Positions 25,671 through 39,239 are shown, counted from the first letter of the stretch. The stretch is 64,000 nucleotides of DNA from Rhizophagus irregularis (GCF_026210795.1 NC_089432.1:1612001-1676000); one strand, 5' to 3'. Notes: a model not told the origin generated them from the sequence alone. Numbers and translations are program-made.

Positions 25671-28600
25671 ATGGATGGTATCGAAATAGAAGCAGAAAAT
25701 CGCGTGGATGAAAAAAATTACGTTGATGATTTGGAAAGTGGGAACCATACATATGGAGAAAAAATTGATTATGTAGCTGTTAGCCCAGATGGTTCGATTG
25801 TAGCAACGTTCAATCTATGTAAGTTATAATATTATTATGTATCAATTTTATATTAAAAAATATAAAGTTATATTTCTCTAAGCTTATTTCTTTCAGATGG
25901 CACTTCCATATCAATTGCAAAAGTAGCAACAAATGACAAGGCAAAAATACACTTTGATATAAATACTTCCAAAAAGCCATCTAATATTCTTGGATGGTCT
26001 TTAGCAGTTTCGAATATAATTGATACCGAAAATGATACTTGCTTGATTGCAATTTCTTGTGTAACTAATAAAGACACAAACCCAAAAGAAATAGAGAAAG
26101 GTGGTCTTCGAAAATTATTTCAAATTTATATCAAAAAACAATTATCATTCTGGAATTCTCAAATCATCTTAATATTATTATTTATTTTATATTATATTTT
26201 TGCTATTTTTAGCACTGATAATTCAGATTTTTTCTTTTACCTATCCTTTATTGTTATTCCCGTTTATATTGCTCTCTTTTATGAATATAACAATACTCGT
26301 AAAATTTTAGTAACTGATATTAAACAATTTCGATTATCCCTCACCCCTAGTGAAGGAATGATAAAACTTTTTAAATTTTCATTTAATAATAATAATGATA
26401 ACAATAATTCAATAATATATCATCTTGGTGGAGTTGTTACTTTTTTAAAAGATTCCTCAAAGGATAGTGCAACTCTTATCTGCATGAACTGTGTAAAGAT
26501 ACAAAAGATTAATATTAATCTAGATAAAAATATTTCTGTATCAAAAGAAGGTACTTATTTATTGCCTGAAAATTTATTTAAAAAACTGGAAAGTTTTGAG
26601 TATTTAAAATGCAGTTGGAAATATCTTTTAAAATCTAGATTTCAGAATTATTTAATGGTAGATACAAGCAATCATCAAAAAATAAGCATTGAAATATATG
26701 ATATTAATAATTTACAATTAGTGAATGTTTTTTATAGACATCGTGAAGAAAATTTTTTTATTACAAATAATAACGAACCTGGAATTTTTGCGATATCAAC
26801 TGATTCAAGATTATTTGTTTATTCTTATGGTGATAAAATTATTACACTTTATTTAATGGAAAGTGGTCTTGAAGTTGTTTCAAAAATATTTGACAACATT
26901 TATAAAATTAAATTTATAGAATTTATTGAAAAAGATAAAAAATTATTCATTATTGAAGAGGATAAAGAACATGATGTGAAATTTCATATTTGGATTATAT
27001 CAGGATGTTTAAATGATTATTTTTCTATTTCTAAAGATGACATTGGTTTATCAGATAGTAATATTTCTATTCTGTCGAAATATGATGAGCATCATAATAC
27101 TTTGACAAAGGCAAATGGAAGAGTAATTTTTTATAATAAAGTTGATGAGAAACAGTTCAGTATTGTACACGAGGTATCAATAAAAAGGACAACTTTTGGA
27201 GAAAATGACCCCGTGATGACTGATGAGCATGAATATCAATCATGTGATCTAGAACCATGGAATAATAATGAAAAGATTATTCACGGTAGATTTCTTAATA
27301 ATGACAAAAGATTTCTTCTATTAATTGGTCAAAATAGTATTCAATTATGGAAATCTAAAGCTATAAATTTTATGGATTTTAATAATTTTAAAAATTTTGA
27401 AAATTCGAATCTTGTTTATATTTTAATAAGCGATAAAATCAAACCAGAAACCAAAGTTAAATTCTTAATTGAAGATGATATTACTACTGTGATAATTCAT
27501 GCATGCAAGTCACTTGTTTATCTTTATAATCATAAACATGTAAGAAGTATCGAAAAATATCAAAAGTTTGTTAGTGGAATCACAAATATTATCAAAGATT
27601 TTATTAAAAGATATCCTGATAATTGGAAACTTATGGAGGTTCAATACCCTTTAATGTCATACCTTATTTGTTCCCATTCATTTTCTTTAATTAAATATAT
27701 TCTGTTTGGCGTTAATGGTCAAACCACTGAAAAGTTACATAAACCTCAAAATGATTATGCTTCTTATCCTTATTATAATGATTTGGAATTATGTGATGAT
27801 TTGGAATTAAATGACATATATTTAAAATCGGCTAACGATTTGACATTAGCTTTAAAATTTCATCAAGGTTAGCATTTTAAGTTCTCTGTTATTTTATTAT
27901 TAATTAATATTCTAACAAACAGTTTTATTAATAGATCGAGATTCTGTTATGTTAGCATATTTACTGGAATATTATTCTGAAAATTCTATGATTCATATTG
28001 GTTGGATGATTAATGTTACAAATATACTTCCAGACTTGTCAAAATTATCTAATCATGATTATTACGGTATATATTTTTATTTTTCATTAAATTATTTATA
28101 CTTTTTTATTAAAGATGCTAATAATTAACTATAAGGTAATTATATGGATTTATTATTTTATAAACCTTGTTTTGGAGAAATGAAATACAATTTCCCAATT
28201 AAAAGATTCCGAGCATTATCAGTGTGCCAGGGTACATTAAAAGTATTTGTACCACTTATTAATCTTATATCAACAAATTCCTCGGACTTCTTTTCATATA
28301 ATAAAATGAGGTAAAATTTTCTCAATCTGACTCTTATATTAATTCTTTAACTAATACTATATCTTAATATAGAGGGGATATATTACCTGATATTTATATG
28401 GTTCCATTTCCAAATTTTACAACTCGTGATACAAAAATTGAAGGAAAATCCAAAAAGAAAGGAATTGTACATTTTTTGAGAAAGACATTATTTCCACCTG
28501 GTTATAAGAATTTAGAAGATAAATATCTCAGTCCATTTCTTCAAATTAACAAGAGTAATGAAGCATTTTTTACTATTCCAGCTATAGAAGCAGTTATAAA

Positions 28601-29870
28601 TTCAAGATGGTATCAAGCAATGGCATATTGGATAGGACCTTTAAGTTTATATACTATATTTTTTATTCTATTTGCATCTCTTCCTGTGTTTATTAATAAT
28701 AAGACTGAAATGTATAAGATATCCGAGATAATCGGATTTGCAATCTTTTATTATATTGGAATATATTTATTAATGATTGAATTTATGCAAATAAGAAAGT
28801 ATAAAATCAAATATATTACGATATTTAATATTTTTAATTTAAGCAGTATTATTTTGGGTATAATTGTTTTTTCTTTATGTGTTATGTTTTATGCTGGATT
28901 TATTGTTGCAATTGGAGAAGATATAAATCTTATTTTAAGATCAATAACTACATTAACACTTTGGATTGAACTGGTATGCTTGATGATATTTTTAAATTTT
29001 AATTTAATAATTTTGTATTAATTTATCATTTACTTCCTAAAGCTCTTATGGCTTCGAATATTTTCAGTAATAGCCATAAATATATTTATTTTTGGAAATA
29101 TTTTAAAAACGATTATACCATTTTTTGCTTTTATGTTTATTCTAATAATTGCATTTGCACATTCATTGTAAATTTTTTCCTTATTTTTATTCTTACATTA
29201 AAGCATGTTAAAGAAATTAACTTTTATTTATATTTATAATAGACATATGATGGTACCAATTTCATTGCGCAAAATTGAAGATTATCCTTTTCATACAATA
29301 TGGGAATCTATACTTTCCATGTACTTTTTGAATTCAATTAGTTTAAGTACTTACAATTATATACCATTAAAATTTTTCTCTTTCATAGCTAATATTATTA
29401 TAGTTCTTGTTTTAATAAACATGATTATTGCATTAATGAAGTAAGTATTAATAATATCACTTATTAGATACTATGATTGTCATCTATTATAAATATTTAT
29501 TTAATATTTAAAATTTGTAAAAAAAAAAATTATTAGTGACACATTTAATAAGGCTAGAGAGGATAGTAATCTTGGACTTTTGATGTATAGAACAGAACTA
29601 ATTGATGATTTTGAAAGACTTGATATTCCCTTTAATAAATTTCAACTTAATGATTCACCATATATTTGTTATCTTCGAGATCCTGACTTAATGAAAAAAT
29701 GGATGAAAAAATCTCAAGAACTTAGAGAAACAAAATTATATTCATGGTTTAAAGAGAATGTTGATGAAGAAATTATTACTTATGATGGAGTTGACATTAT
29801 ATCTTGGTACGAACTTATTTCAAGCAATGGAGATCTTACATCTGACAATATGATGTCACTTTGGTTCTAG
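25671..29870 (+). CDS. TRP-like cation channel paralogue 3 (beta-propeller-like N-terminus + 6-TM ion-transport domain), 8 exons, 1227 aa, apparently intact
   Basis: Hand-spliced exons: 25671-25818, 25897-27867, 27935-28066, 28136-28310, 28373-28973, 29043-29167, 29243-29440, 29537-29870. All introns are GT-AG, total 3684 nt, phases consistent. Motifs: WD-like VAVSPDGS and AISTDSRLF; IEAVINSRW pre-S1; LLWLRIF (S4-S5); pore helix FHTIWESILSMYF; S6 LINMIIALMNDTF; TRP-helix-like YRTELIDDFE. Confidence 0.88.
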
Positions 29871-32179
29871 ACCTTTTATTTTTTATTATTTTTTTATATT
29901 TAGATTATATTTATTTATTTTTCTTTTGATGTTCTTTTTCTTTGATATTATTCATCAATAGTGGTAAAGACTTAGTTAACACAATGTTATTTGATTAATC
30001 AATGAAGTAAATGTTTTTATATTGTTCAACTGAATGAATAGCTAGAGTGATCTCTTTATTATTAACTTCGTTTTTTTTTTAATTCTTATAATATTGCCAG
30101 ATTATCCTATAATCAACGTGTTATATTTTTGTTACACAAAGCATTACATAAGGCGTAGTAAGATCATTAAAAAAAAATTTTATTTGGTTTTACTATACAA
30201 TAATTTGATAAATACTTCTTTTAAGCCAAAAATATAATAAATATGATTTTGATAATATTGACAATATCCGTTATGGTCCACCCACTTTAATTAATTTTAT
30301 TATCAATCTTTTTAAAAATAGAAAACTTGAGTCATCACCGTTTTTGGTCTATCAAGATTATTCCAAGCGGGTGATGACATATACCAAGAGGAAACTATTT
30401 CACTTCTAATCTGGAGAATTTTCTATGACCCTCTACTAATGAGAATCAATGAAGACAAAACCGTTGGTTAACACTTGACAACAAATTAGCCATCAATGAA
30501 AAATACACAAGCCGGTTCAACAACAACATGAATTGAAGATAGCTTGTACGGCTTACACAGATGATACTGCCTGAAATGTCTAGGATCATCAAAATCTCGG
30601 GTTCTTTCTACAAACTGAACGATATAAAATTCAACGGCGATGAATCTGAGTTGTTAGTTTGGAACGTGCCAAAGAATCAAAATCTGGGTATATACATAAA
30701 AAGTAGAGCGAGTTACGCACATGTCGTTAAAAGAGCTCAATTAGGACATCAAATCGATAGCTAATATATTAAGACATAAGAAAATTACAATGTCTCAAAT
30801 CACATACATAAACAACAAAGTACTAATGGCTAGATTGGAATATAGAATGAAAACTTCGTGCAATAGTACTACACAATGTAATCATCTTCATAATTGTATC
30901 TTGACGCGCTAAAAGAAAAAATGAGGAAAGTCTTTCAGCAAATTATAATATTTTCACACATCAGGGAATCGTAGGATTGGTCACCCTATCACAACACCTA
31001 GGAAATGCGCAATTCGCAGAATCATCATTAGGATTAACTCTAAAGATTGGGATGGCATCAACACACGAATATCTCTCCGCAAATCCAGTTTTGAGAAATA
31101 TTAACGGGATGCATACCTACAATGAATCCAACACAATTGCTGTAGATCACAAATTTAACTTCAACGTGCTTAAAGATATGAAAGATCAATTATTCAATTT
31201 TGAAGCTATAGAAATCTCTGATTGGAAACTCAACATGGAAGGCCCATCGATTATGGATTTACTACAACAACAGGTTGACGTAACGAAACCGAACCATATA
31301 ATAGTGGACCAAGATAGGAAAAAAGCAATAGATAACTTTATTAATAGACCGGAGGCCGTACCTGAACCTCATTTTTTTGAAACAATTAGTGTACGAACAA
31401 CTAAGGAAACAGTTTGCTAACATAGGTTCAAATCAAACACTCGAAAACCTTTCTCTAAAAGGACCTAGACCTCTATTCTATAGATACATAGAAAAACTAA
31501 TATGAGAATCAAGCTGTACCACAGATCGACGTATCCTGCCATCACACATCCATACACCAACGAAAAGATTCTCTCCATAAAACCTACACACCCTTCCATT
31601 GACGGATGCAATAAAGAATGGGTGATAATAAGATCTGATGGAACTATTCGATATGGAAAAATATTGAAAAAGATATCCTTACGATGCTTCACATATCAGC
31701 ATTGAAACAAATTGGATGGCTCAGATTTACTTGTCAAATGTACAGGATGTGATAATTCCTCAAATGGCAATAATACGAACAGTGGGACTTGCATCAAAAG
31801 AGCTCTGCATAGTAAAGCTACAGTCATTAGAGTAGAAATTTTAATTCGTACCATTAGCGGCGCCTCGTACAAAATCATCACTTCAACAGAATTAGTAAAA
31901 ACTTGCATTTTGATCTCACTTTCGGCCCAGAATAATGAGAATACGCTTATTTCAGTAGATATCCCAATATTAGATCATAACTTAATTTCAAGGTTGTTTA
32001 ATTCATCAGAGTTGGTGCAAAATTTAATTTATATCTGATAACGAGGTTATAATGGGTGCCGGATGGATTATCAAACATCAGGAAATTAGATTCTCATGTG
32101 GGATGAAACATCACCCGTCCTCTACACGTCCAGAATTGCTAGCAATCATGACTGCCCTTTCAGCAATTCCATATAAGAG

Positions 32180-32800
32180 AGCATAGCGGACATCCCTATT
32201 TTATCACAATACTGACTGATCATTTGTCGATCATTTGCTGATCATTTATTCAATTATCACATAATATAAATACCGTTGCTAAAAAAATTTACATAATAAT
32301 ATATGCTCAAATTTCACAAATAACTTAAATTTAGTTTTAATTTATTGTGTATTAAATTTTATTAGCTTTTATTATTATTTGGCATATATTTATTCATTTT
32401 ACGAAATTATTCACTAATTATGTTACTAATAAAAAACCTGCATTATGAATCAGATCACTGCATTATTTTTTTTATAGATTCTACATAATATAAAGAATAT
32501 TTGTGCAAATTCTTAAGTTTCGCACTCGCAAATTCATCTTCGCACTTCAATTTTTGTCTGATGATCGGCAATAATTAGTGAATTATCATATACAAATAAT
32601 ATATTTATGATATTATTAAAAATTGTGCTAATAATTACATAATTAAAGTCATATGATAATTTAGTGTTTTTACTTAGATTTCCATTATTTTTTTGCCACA
32701 TTATTTGAAAAATATTTGTGATTTTGCAATAAGTTTTTAAAATCTGGAATTAGTGATCAGCAAATGATCGGCAAGGTGATATGAGCATGTCCGCTATGCT
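32180..32800. mobile_element. MITE with 9-bp TSD inserted in the RNase H of LINE C
   Basis: TIR agcatagcggacat/atgtccgctatgct. TSD atataagag (32171-32179 and 32801-32809). The empty site restores AIPYKSNITIH. Confidence 0.9.
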
Positions 32801-33574
32801 ATATAAGAGTAATATTACAATACATACAGAGAGTCAGGCGGCTATAGATGGTATTAAGTATATCATACAACCACATAATCGAATGGGTAGAAGCTTCATG
32901 AAACTTAATAATTACATCCCGCTATTCACTATTTACGACCTTAAAACAACGAAAAATTTGATCAACATCGTTAAAGTCAAAGGACATTCAGGTTGTCGAT
33001 GGAATGATGCAGCTGATACTATCGCGAAGCAAGGAAAAGATATAGCTAGTATAGATAATAATAGAATTATAGATTTAAAATATTTATGTAGTTTTAGTTT
33101 CCTTTTAATTTTTTACCACTATGGAATAACATTATTATAGATAAAAACATTAGAAATTTACTAGATTTGTCTCATATTCGCTTGAAGAAGTAACGTGGAC
33201 TTTTAAGTCTTTTAACAAATGTTAGTCGAATTATTTCGAAGATGGGCAGAGGGTTCTGGATAGAACTGGAACTCTTTCTGGCAATATTTAAACAGCTTCA
33301 ATAGACACCGGTGCGATACCTTCGCCACTAACGATCATTTAATTCATTTTATCAAATGCTCGAAAAATCTTTTACCAACGATTGATAATCTTAGGATTCG
33401 CAACGAAAACTATGATCAAGTTAAATGTCTGCAATGTTCACTTGAAGACGAAAACATTACGCATCTTGTGACGTGTCCAGGTTCGGAATCAGGATTCAAA
33501 CAAATAGAAAGAGAAGTTACCAACAAAGTCCTCAAATACATCAAAAAATTGAATCCTAAAGACATTACACATTT

Positions 33575-33808
33575 AGGACCCAGAAATATATATAAAAGGG
33601 TCAGATTTGAATTTGCGTATTTTGAACTAAAAAAATCATGAGAATCTTTCCTTTTTTAGATAATTTTTGATAATGGCAGTCAGAACTTTATTTCCTATTA
33701 TAGTAACCGACTGACATTATCATAATTCCGGCCCTGAAAAAATGCGTACGGCTAATAATAAAAAAATTTTTTTCATCACCTGACCCTATATATATATATC
33801 TGGGTCCT
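33575..33808. mobile_element. 234-bp MITE with 8-bp TSD
   Basis: TIR aggacccaga.atatatata.a.agggtcag and its reverse complement. TSD acacattt (33567-33574 and 33809-33816). Confidence 0.85.
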
Positions 33809-35353
33809 ACACATTTTACTAAACTCGAAAAAATCATCTTCCAAGACATGCAACCATTTGGAATTAACTTGCGGATTAATTTCCAATACTATAGTCACGA
33901 AAATGCGAAAATTAACTTCTAGAAAACTTTCAATCTTATTGCAGGAAAGGTCATTAAACATTTCCATTGATCTTTCAAGAAACGTGTTTGGAAAGTTCGC
34001 TGCGTCAAGCTCATAGAAGTGGAAAGAAGACTTGGTATCACTAATAAAAAAAGATGATTTCGTCGCGCCAAGAATCTATTAATACATCTTTAGTGAACTA
34101 TGAATCCTCCCTTGCCAAAAAAGTGAAGTACTGAGAGCAAGCATGGCACGTTGCAAGCACAACATTACACAATATCACTAGTGGATCGAGGCAAACTTGG
34201 AAATTGTTAAAATAATTCAACCTTTTGTTCTTATATAATGAAAAATAAAATTTAAAAAGTTTTGAATTCATTTTTCTCAAATTTTTTCCCAAAATGTAAA
34301 GTAAAAAAAATTAGTTCTCTTCAAAACTTACATTAATTTGACCTAGCCACATGGGTTTTATTTTTTAAGAACAAAAATTTTTATTATCTGATCACACATC
34401 AAGAAATTAAAATTTTGTATCAGTTTACAACTTTACATGTTATAAAAAAATAAATACTATTAGATAAAATAACTACATCCTATTAATAATTTTTAATAGT
34501 AAAGTATATATTGATCTAAGCGACTTTATATGTTTTTTGAGTGGTCTGATGCCTATTTGTCACCCCAAAAAATCACGCCCACAAAAACGGAGGTGTGTTT
34601 ACTTTAAATAATGACATAATTATGACAATCCGTTATCTTTATGATAGGTGAAATATCAAATGAAATTTTATCAAGTAACGTCGTAACGATTTATTATGAA
34701 TGAATTAATAATTAAAAGTAAATTGAATTAAAAAATTAAAAGCCGATTGAATTAAAGGTAAATTGAATTAAAAGTTAATTTAATTAACAGTTAATTTAAT
34801 TAAAATTAAAAAGTTAATCAAATGGTTAATTTATGTCGATCTACATGTTAAGATTGTTATGCGGTCGGTTTATTAATTTTATTGTGACAAACTAGCACAA
34901 CCAGAAAAGATCCTTCTGGATTTGAGTTGGTAGATCAAAGAGTAAGAAATGTATATTCTTTGACATTTCGTTTTATGTACTTGTAGAAATAAATTATGCT
35001 TATATAATATAACCTTATGTTTAACGTAGATCATCAATCACATTGGGGAGGGGATACGTATAACAGCCGCTTTAATTTATTGAATTAAAAATAAATTAAA
35101 GACATTATTTTTTTTTGAAAAATTATTTTATTTATTTATGTATTAGTTATTATATTCTTTACAATTATTACAATTATTAACCGCTTATTTTTTTTTTTAA
35201 GCGGATTTTAAGCGGATTTTGAAAGAAAGTGTTTAGAATTTCTAATTAAAATACACCTAACCAGAGTCAAAAATTAAAAATTAAATAAAAAAAAAAAGAT
35301 AAAGTGATTAAATACAATTTTACTATATGTCTATTTAAAGTATTCTACATATT

Positions 35354-36634
35354 TTATGCGCTTGGAGTACGTAAAAAGCTGTCTGGAGATCCATTCTTAA
35401 GACCTTCGACGACTCCCTTTGTTGATAAATTTTTAAGTGCCGTTGCCATTTCAGCTGGTGATTTGTTACCATCCTTGGCAATTAGAAGAGCTACAGTACC
35501 AGCAACATGTGGGGTGGCTTGAGAGGTGCCGGAAAATACTACACTACCATTATCGTCTTTAAAACTAGCACCTTGAATGTCCCGACCTGGAGCGAAAATG
35601 TCAACACATTTTCCAAAGTTTGAGAAATCTGTGATTGCGTCACTATCTTTTTCGGTAGCACCGACCGTGATAGCGCTAGGTTCAGATGCAGGTGATGTAT
35701 TACAAGCATCCTGACTTTCGTTACCTGCGGCAACAACTACGTGAACACCAGCATCGGTAAGTTGTTTGACAGCATCGTTTACAGCTTTTGATTGAGTACC
35801 TCCAAGAGACATGTTGACAACTGAATTCTTATTTTTACTCTTACTGTGGGTTTCTCCTACAAAGTTCAATCCAGCGATAACTCCACTATTTGATCCAGAA
35901 CCATCAGCGTCCAAAACTCTAACAGCAACTGGTGTGGCTTTTCTTGCTACTCCTAAAGTTTCTCCACATGAAATGCTAGCAACATGGGTACCATGACCAT
36001 TTTCATCTTCTTCATTGCATCCATCACAGAAAGATCCTCCGAATTTGGCACGACCACCGAATTCTTCATGTGTAATTCGAATACCAGTATCGACAACAAA
36101 AACGTTTACGTCTTCTCCAGCAGAATCGGGGAAAGTATATTTTCCATCTATAGGTCGTTTAGCTTGATCAATACGATCAATGTTGAAAGTTGGTTTATTG
36201 TCTACTGCACGTCTAGTAAGTTGAGATGGTATTACATATTGTGTCTTAACAATACCATCTTCTTCAATATAATCAACATCATCCATTTTTTCAAGTTCCT
36301 TTGCAAATTGTAGTGTCATTTCTCCAGTAAGTCCAAAAAGATTAACAATTCCGAAACTAGCGAAAGTGGGTTTTCCTTTATTGCTAAGAGATTTAATTTT
36401 TTCGAAACTATCAATTTCTGCATCAAAACAATTTTTAAACAACTCATGTTGTCTTTTAGCAGCTTGCTCGTCTTTAAAGACAACGATAACTTTTTTCCCT
36501 TTACCATCAGACTTGGCATTGATTGATAATGTTTTAGGGCAATCAGTTTCATTTTTTGCTGATTCAACCGAGGAAAGCAAGAAAGTAACAATTACAGCGA
36601 TAGAGAATATTTTAGTGAAGCGTGGAGCAACCAT
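35354..36634 (-). CDS. Secreted subtilisin-like serine protease (peptidase S8, proteinase K-like, with I9 propeptide), 426 aa, intronless
   Basis: N-terminal signal peptide and propeptide ending VDYIEEDGIV. Catalytic D (VVDTG), H (NGHGTHVA), oxyanion N (AAGN) and S (SGTSQATPHVAG). Confidence 0.96.
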   Translation of the reverse strand: MVAPRFTKIFSIAVIVTFLLSSVESAKNETDCPKTLSINAKSDGKGKKVIVVFKDEQAAKRQHELFKNCFDAEIDSFEKIKSLSNKGKPTFASFGIVNLFGLTGEMTLQFAKELEKMDDVDYIEEDGIVKTQYVIPSQLTRRAVDNKPTFNIDRIDQAKRPIDGKYTFPDSAGEDVNVFVVDTGIRITHEEFGGRAKFGGSFCDGCNEEDENGHGTHVASISCGETLGVARKATPVAVRVLDADGSGSNSGVIAGLNFVGETHSKSKNKNSVVNMSLGGTQSKAVNDAVKQLTDAGVHVVVAAGNESQDACNTSPASEPSAITVGATEKDSDAITDFSNFGKCVDIFAPGRDIQGASFKDDNGSVVFSGTSQATPHVAGTVALLIAKDGNKSPAEMATALKNLSTKGVVEGLKNGSPDSFLRTPSA

Positions 36635-36860
36635 TTTTTTTTTTTTGATAATTAATAGTTTTTTAGGTAAGAATTTTAGGTAAAATATAATAAAAGAGGA
36701 GGGTGATGATTTAATGATTTATTCTATCCACACGGTGGATAAAGAATTTGTATTATAAAATGAGGGGAAGGAGAGATTAGACTCTGGTTAGGATTTTTTA
36801 TTATTATTTTGATTTTTGATTTTTCGGATGAAGAAAATTGTAAAGCAAAACTGGTTTGTA

Positions 36861-36868
36861 TTTATATA
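36861..36868 (-). promoter_or_regulatory. Candidate TATA box for the subtilisin gene
   Basis: The minus strand reads TATATAAA about 230 nt upstream of the ATG. Weak evidence on its own in AT-rich DNA. Confidence 0.35.
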
Positions 36869-39239
36869 CAAAAATTTCTCAAATTTGGAAAATAAATTTT
36901 ACTTACGCATTGTTGTTAACGATTACGTTTTTAGTGAAGATTTTCAAGCAATATTAAACTCGGCCGTAGATCCTTGTTCGGTTTTAATGTACTGTAAGTT
37001 TGTTTCAAATTTTATACTTATTTACCAAAATTGTTATGTTGCACACACACAACAGGGCGGACGTCCCTCGAATTTGCAGATCATTTGCCGATCATTTATT
37101 TATGATGATGTCACATTAGAAAAAAGAAATGTCTATTTTTTATATTAATGGAAACATTTTCAGAAAAATTCTACAGATATTATTCCAAAATGTGATATAT
37201 ATATATGTATATGTATTTGCAAAATCGAAATATTATTGAAAATTTACTGATATAAATAATGATTTAACATTATTTATTAAAAATTTCATATCATTAATTT
37301 CTGTTAAATGTTAGAAATTTAACGGAATTAAATTCAAAAAATTTTGTGGCACAATTTGTATATTAATTTGTGGCATTAATTTATTAAATTTTATGGTACA
37401 ACCTATTAATTTCATATTTAATTCAAAAAATTCTCCAATAATTAAAAACCTGTATTTTGTAACGGATTACTGTATTTGTCTGTATTATTTTTACTATAGA
37501 TTGTATATAATATAGAGAATATTTATGCAAAGTTTCAAGTTTCGCCCACGCGCATTCACCTTCGCCCATCCGTTTAATAAATTGTTATATGTGACCGACA
37601 AGGTGATAAAAAGTATGTCCACTCTGTTTAGTTACACGGGTTCTCGTTTTTTATTATTTTATATTTTTACATAATATTAAAGAAAAATGCTAGTAATAAA
37701 CGAGTTATCAGCCATTTTTGCAATTGACGCACGTCCTAAATGTGTGACAGGTTACGCCGAATATGTTGTTTAAAGTATGTGGCGTATTTTTTTAATAAAA
37801 TCGCGTTTCAAATTTTTCAGCCAAAACCTCGTTTGTCGTTCTAAATGGAATTTCTGAGCAGACAAAATTACACCTCTACATATAATTTTAAGGTTTTGAA
37901 CACAAGTTCATTAAGGTTTTTTTTTTTTTAAAAGAAAAGATTTTGTAAAAAACTGTCTGTGGCACATTTGTCGATCATTCCAAAAAAGTATTTAAACCTG
38001 TCACACATAGGATAATGCCCAATTGACCAAAGGTGATAAGTGCGACATATATTTAGCCAGTGATCTACATATATCTTTATATCAAAAAAAGAAAGGCCTA
38101 GACCGGTCTATGGCAAACGAAGTGTCAGCTGCCAGGTGCGTCGATTGATTAGAATTCCAGAATTGAAAAAAAAGTTTATTGGATGAAGTTAAATTTTTAT
38201 TTAAAGATAAAATCATTAATCAATGCCATCTTTCAGAAGTTGAAACCGATTAGCATTAATTGGTTAATTAATTATCCTATTAAGACGGTTAATCAGTTAA
38301 TCGATTAAACCATGATTCTGGCCAAAATTCTCTAATGCGGTGAAATTTAAGTCGTGTTATCCAAACCCACATAACGTCATAACCCGTCGAAATAAATTTT
38401 TCACGGGTGACTCTTAGGGTTGTTAACACAAATTAGCGAATAAATTACTTACAAAGCAATACAAACTTAATTTTTTGAATATTTTCGTCTTAGTGAAAAA
38501 AATATACCTTATTGTAAAATGTGATAAATATATTTTAAAAATGATACTTTTACAATGATACAAAAAAATCACATTATCATGAGAATATTTGTGTTAATAT
38601 AATCCCTATTGACCATATTGATAACGCTTCTTATCTAAAAATATATACAGTATTTATTTCATTTTCACTTTTTATTTAAATTGATGAGTAACTTATTAAT
38701 ACCTTTAACGCTTATAAAATTTGAATTATCTTAAAGAAAATTTTTGGATGAATAAAAATAATAAATTCTTTTTGTGATAATTTTTGAAATGGTGAAACTT
38801 ACCATCATAATTTATTTCAAAAATTACATAAACTATGCTCTATAAAAGTTTCTAAGAAAATTCGATCTTATGTCTGAGTTCTTTCAGAAATGATTATTTA
38901 TTTTAAAATTTTTATAAACTGAAAACAGCAGAAATTTGATTTGAATTTTGTTTAATAAATCACTATTTCGGATCGATATAATCAAACTTTTTTTCATAAT
39001 TATACTAAATAGTACTTAAGTAAAATTAAAAGTTTATTTGGAATATAACTGTATAGATTTTGTATTATATAATATTATTGTTTATATAATAAATATTTTA
39101 CATAACGAGAAACTGTCGCCGGTTTTGAAATAGCGTGATCAGGTGATTTGAAAACAAAAAAGCCAGTGACTCTTTCTCGTAATTTTTAGTACAATTATTT
39201 TTTATAACGTACTGCGTAAATATTTATATTTACAATTAC

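Larger units (their letters stand above)
30340..34250 (+). mobile_element. Heavily degenerate 5'-truncated non-LTR retrotransposon (RT, RNase H, CCHC); LINE C
   Basis: Fragments: ETISLLIWRIFYDPLL (~30390); AYTDDT (~30550); HPSSTRPELLAIMTAL...IHTESQAAI...KVKGHSG..WNDAAD (RNase H); CLQCSLEDENITHLVTC (~33425); VWKVRC (~33985). Many stops, frameshifts and two MITE insertions. Confidence 0.88.

Noticed and set aside
35304..36683. Several short ORFs overlapping the subtilisin gene
   Set aside because: Alternative-frame or antisense shadows of a GC-richer real CDS.
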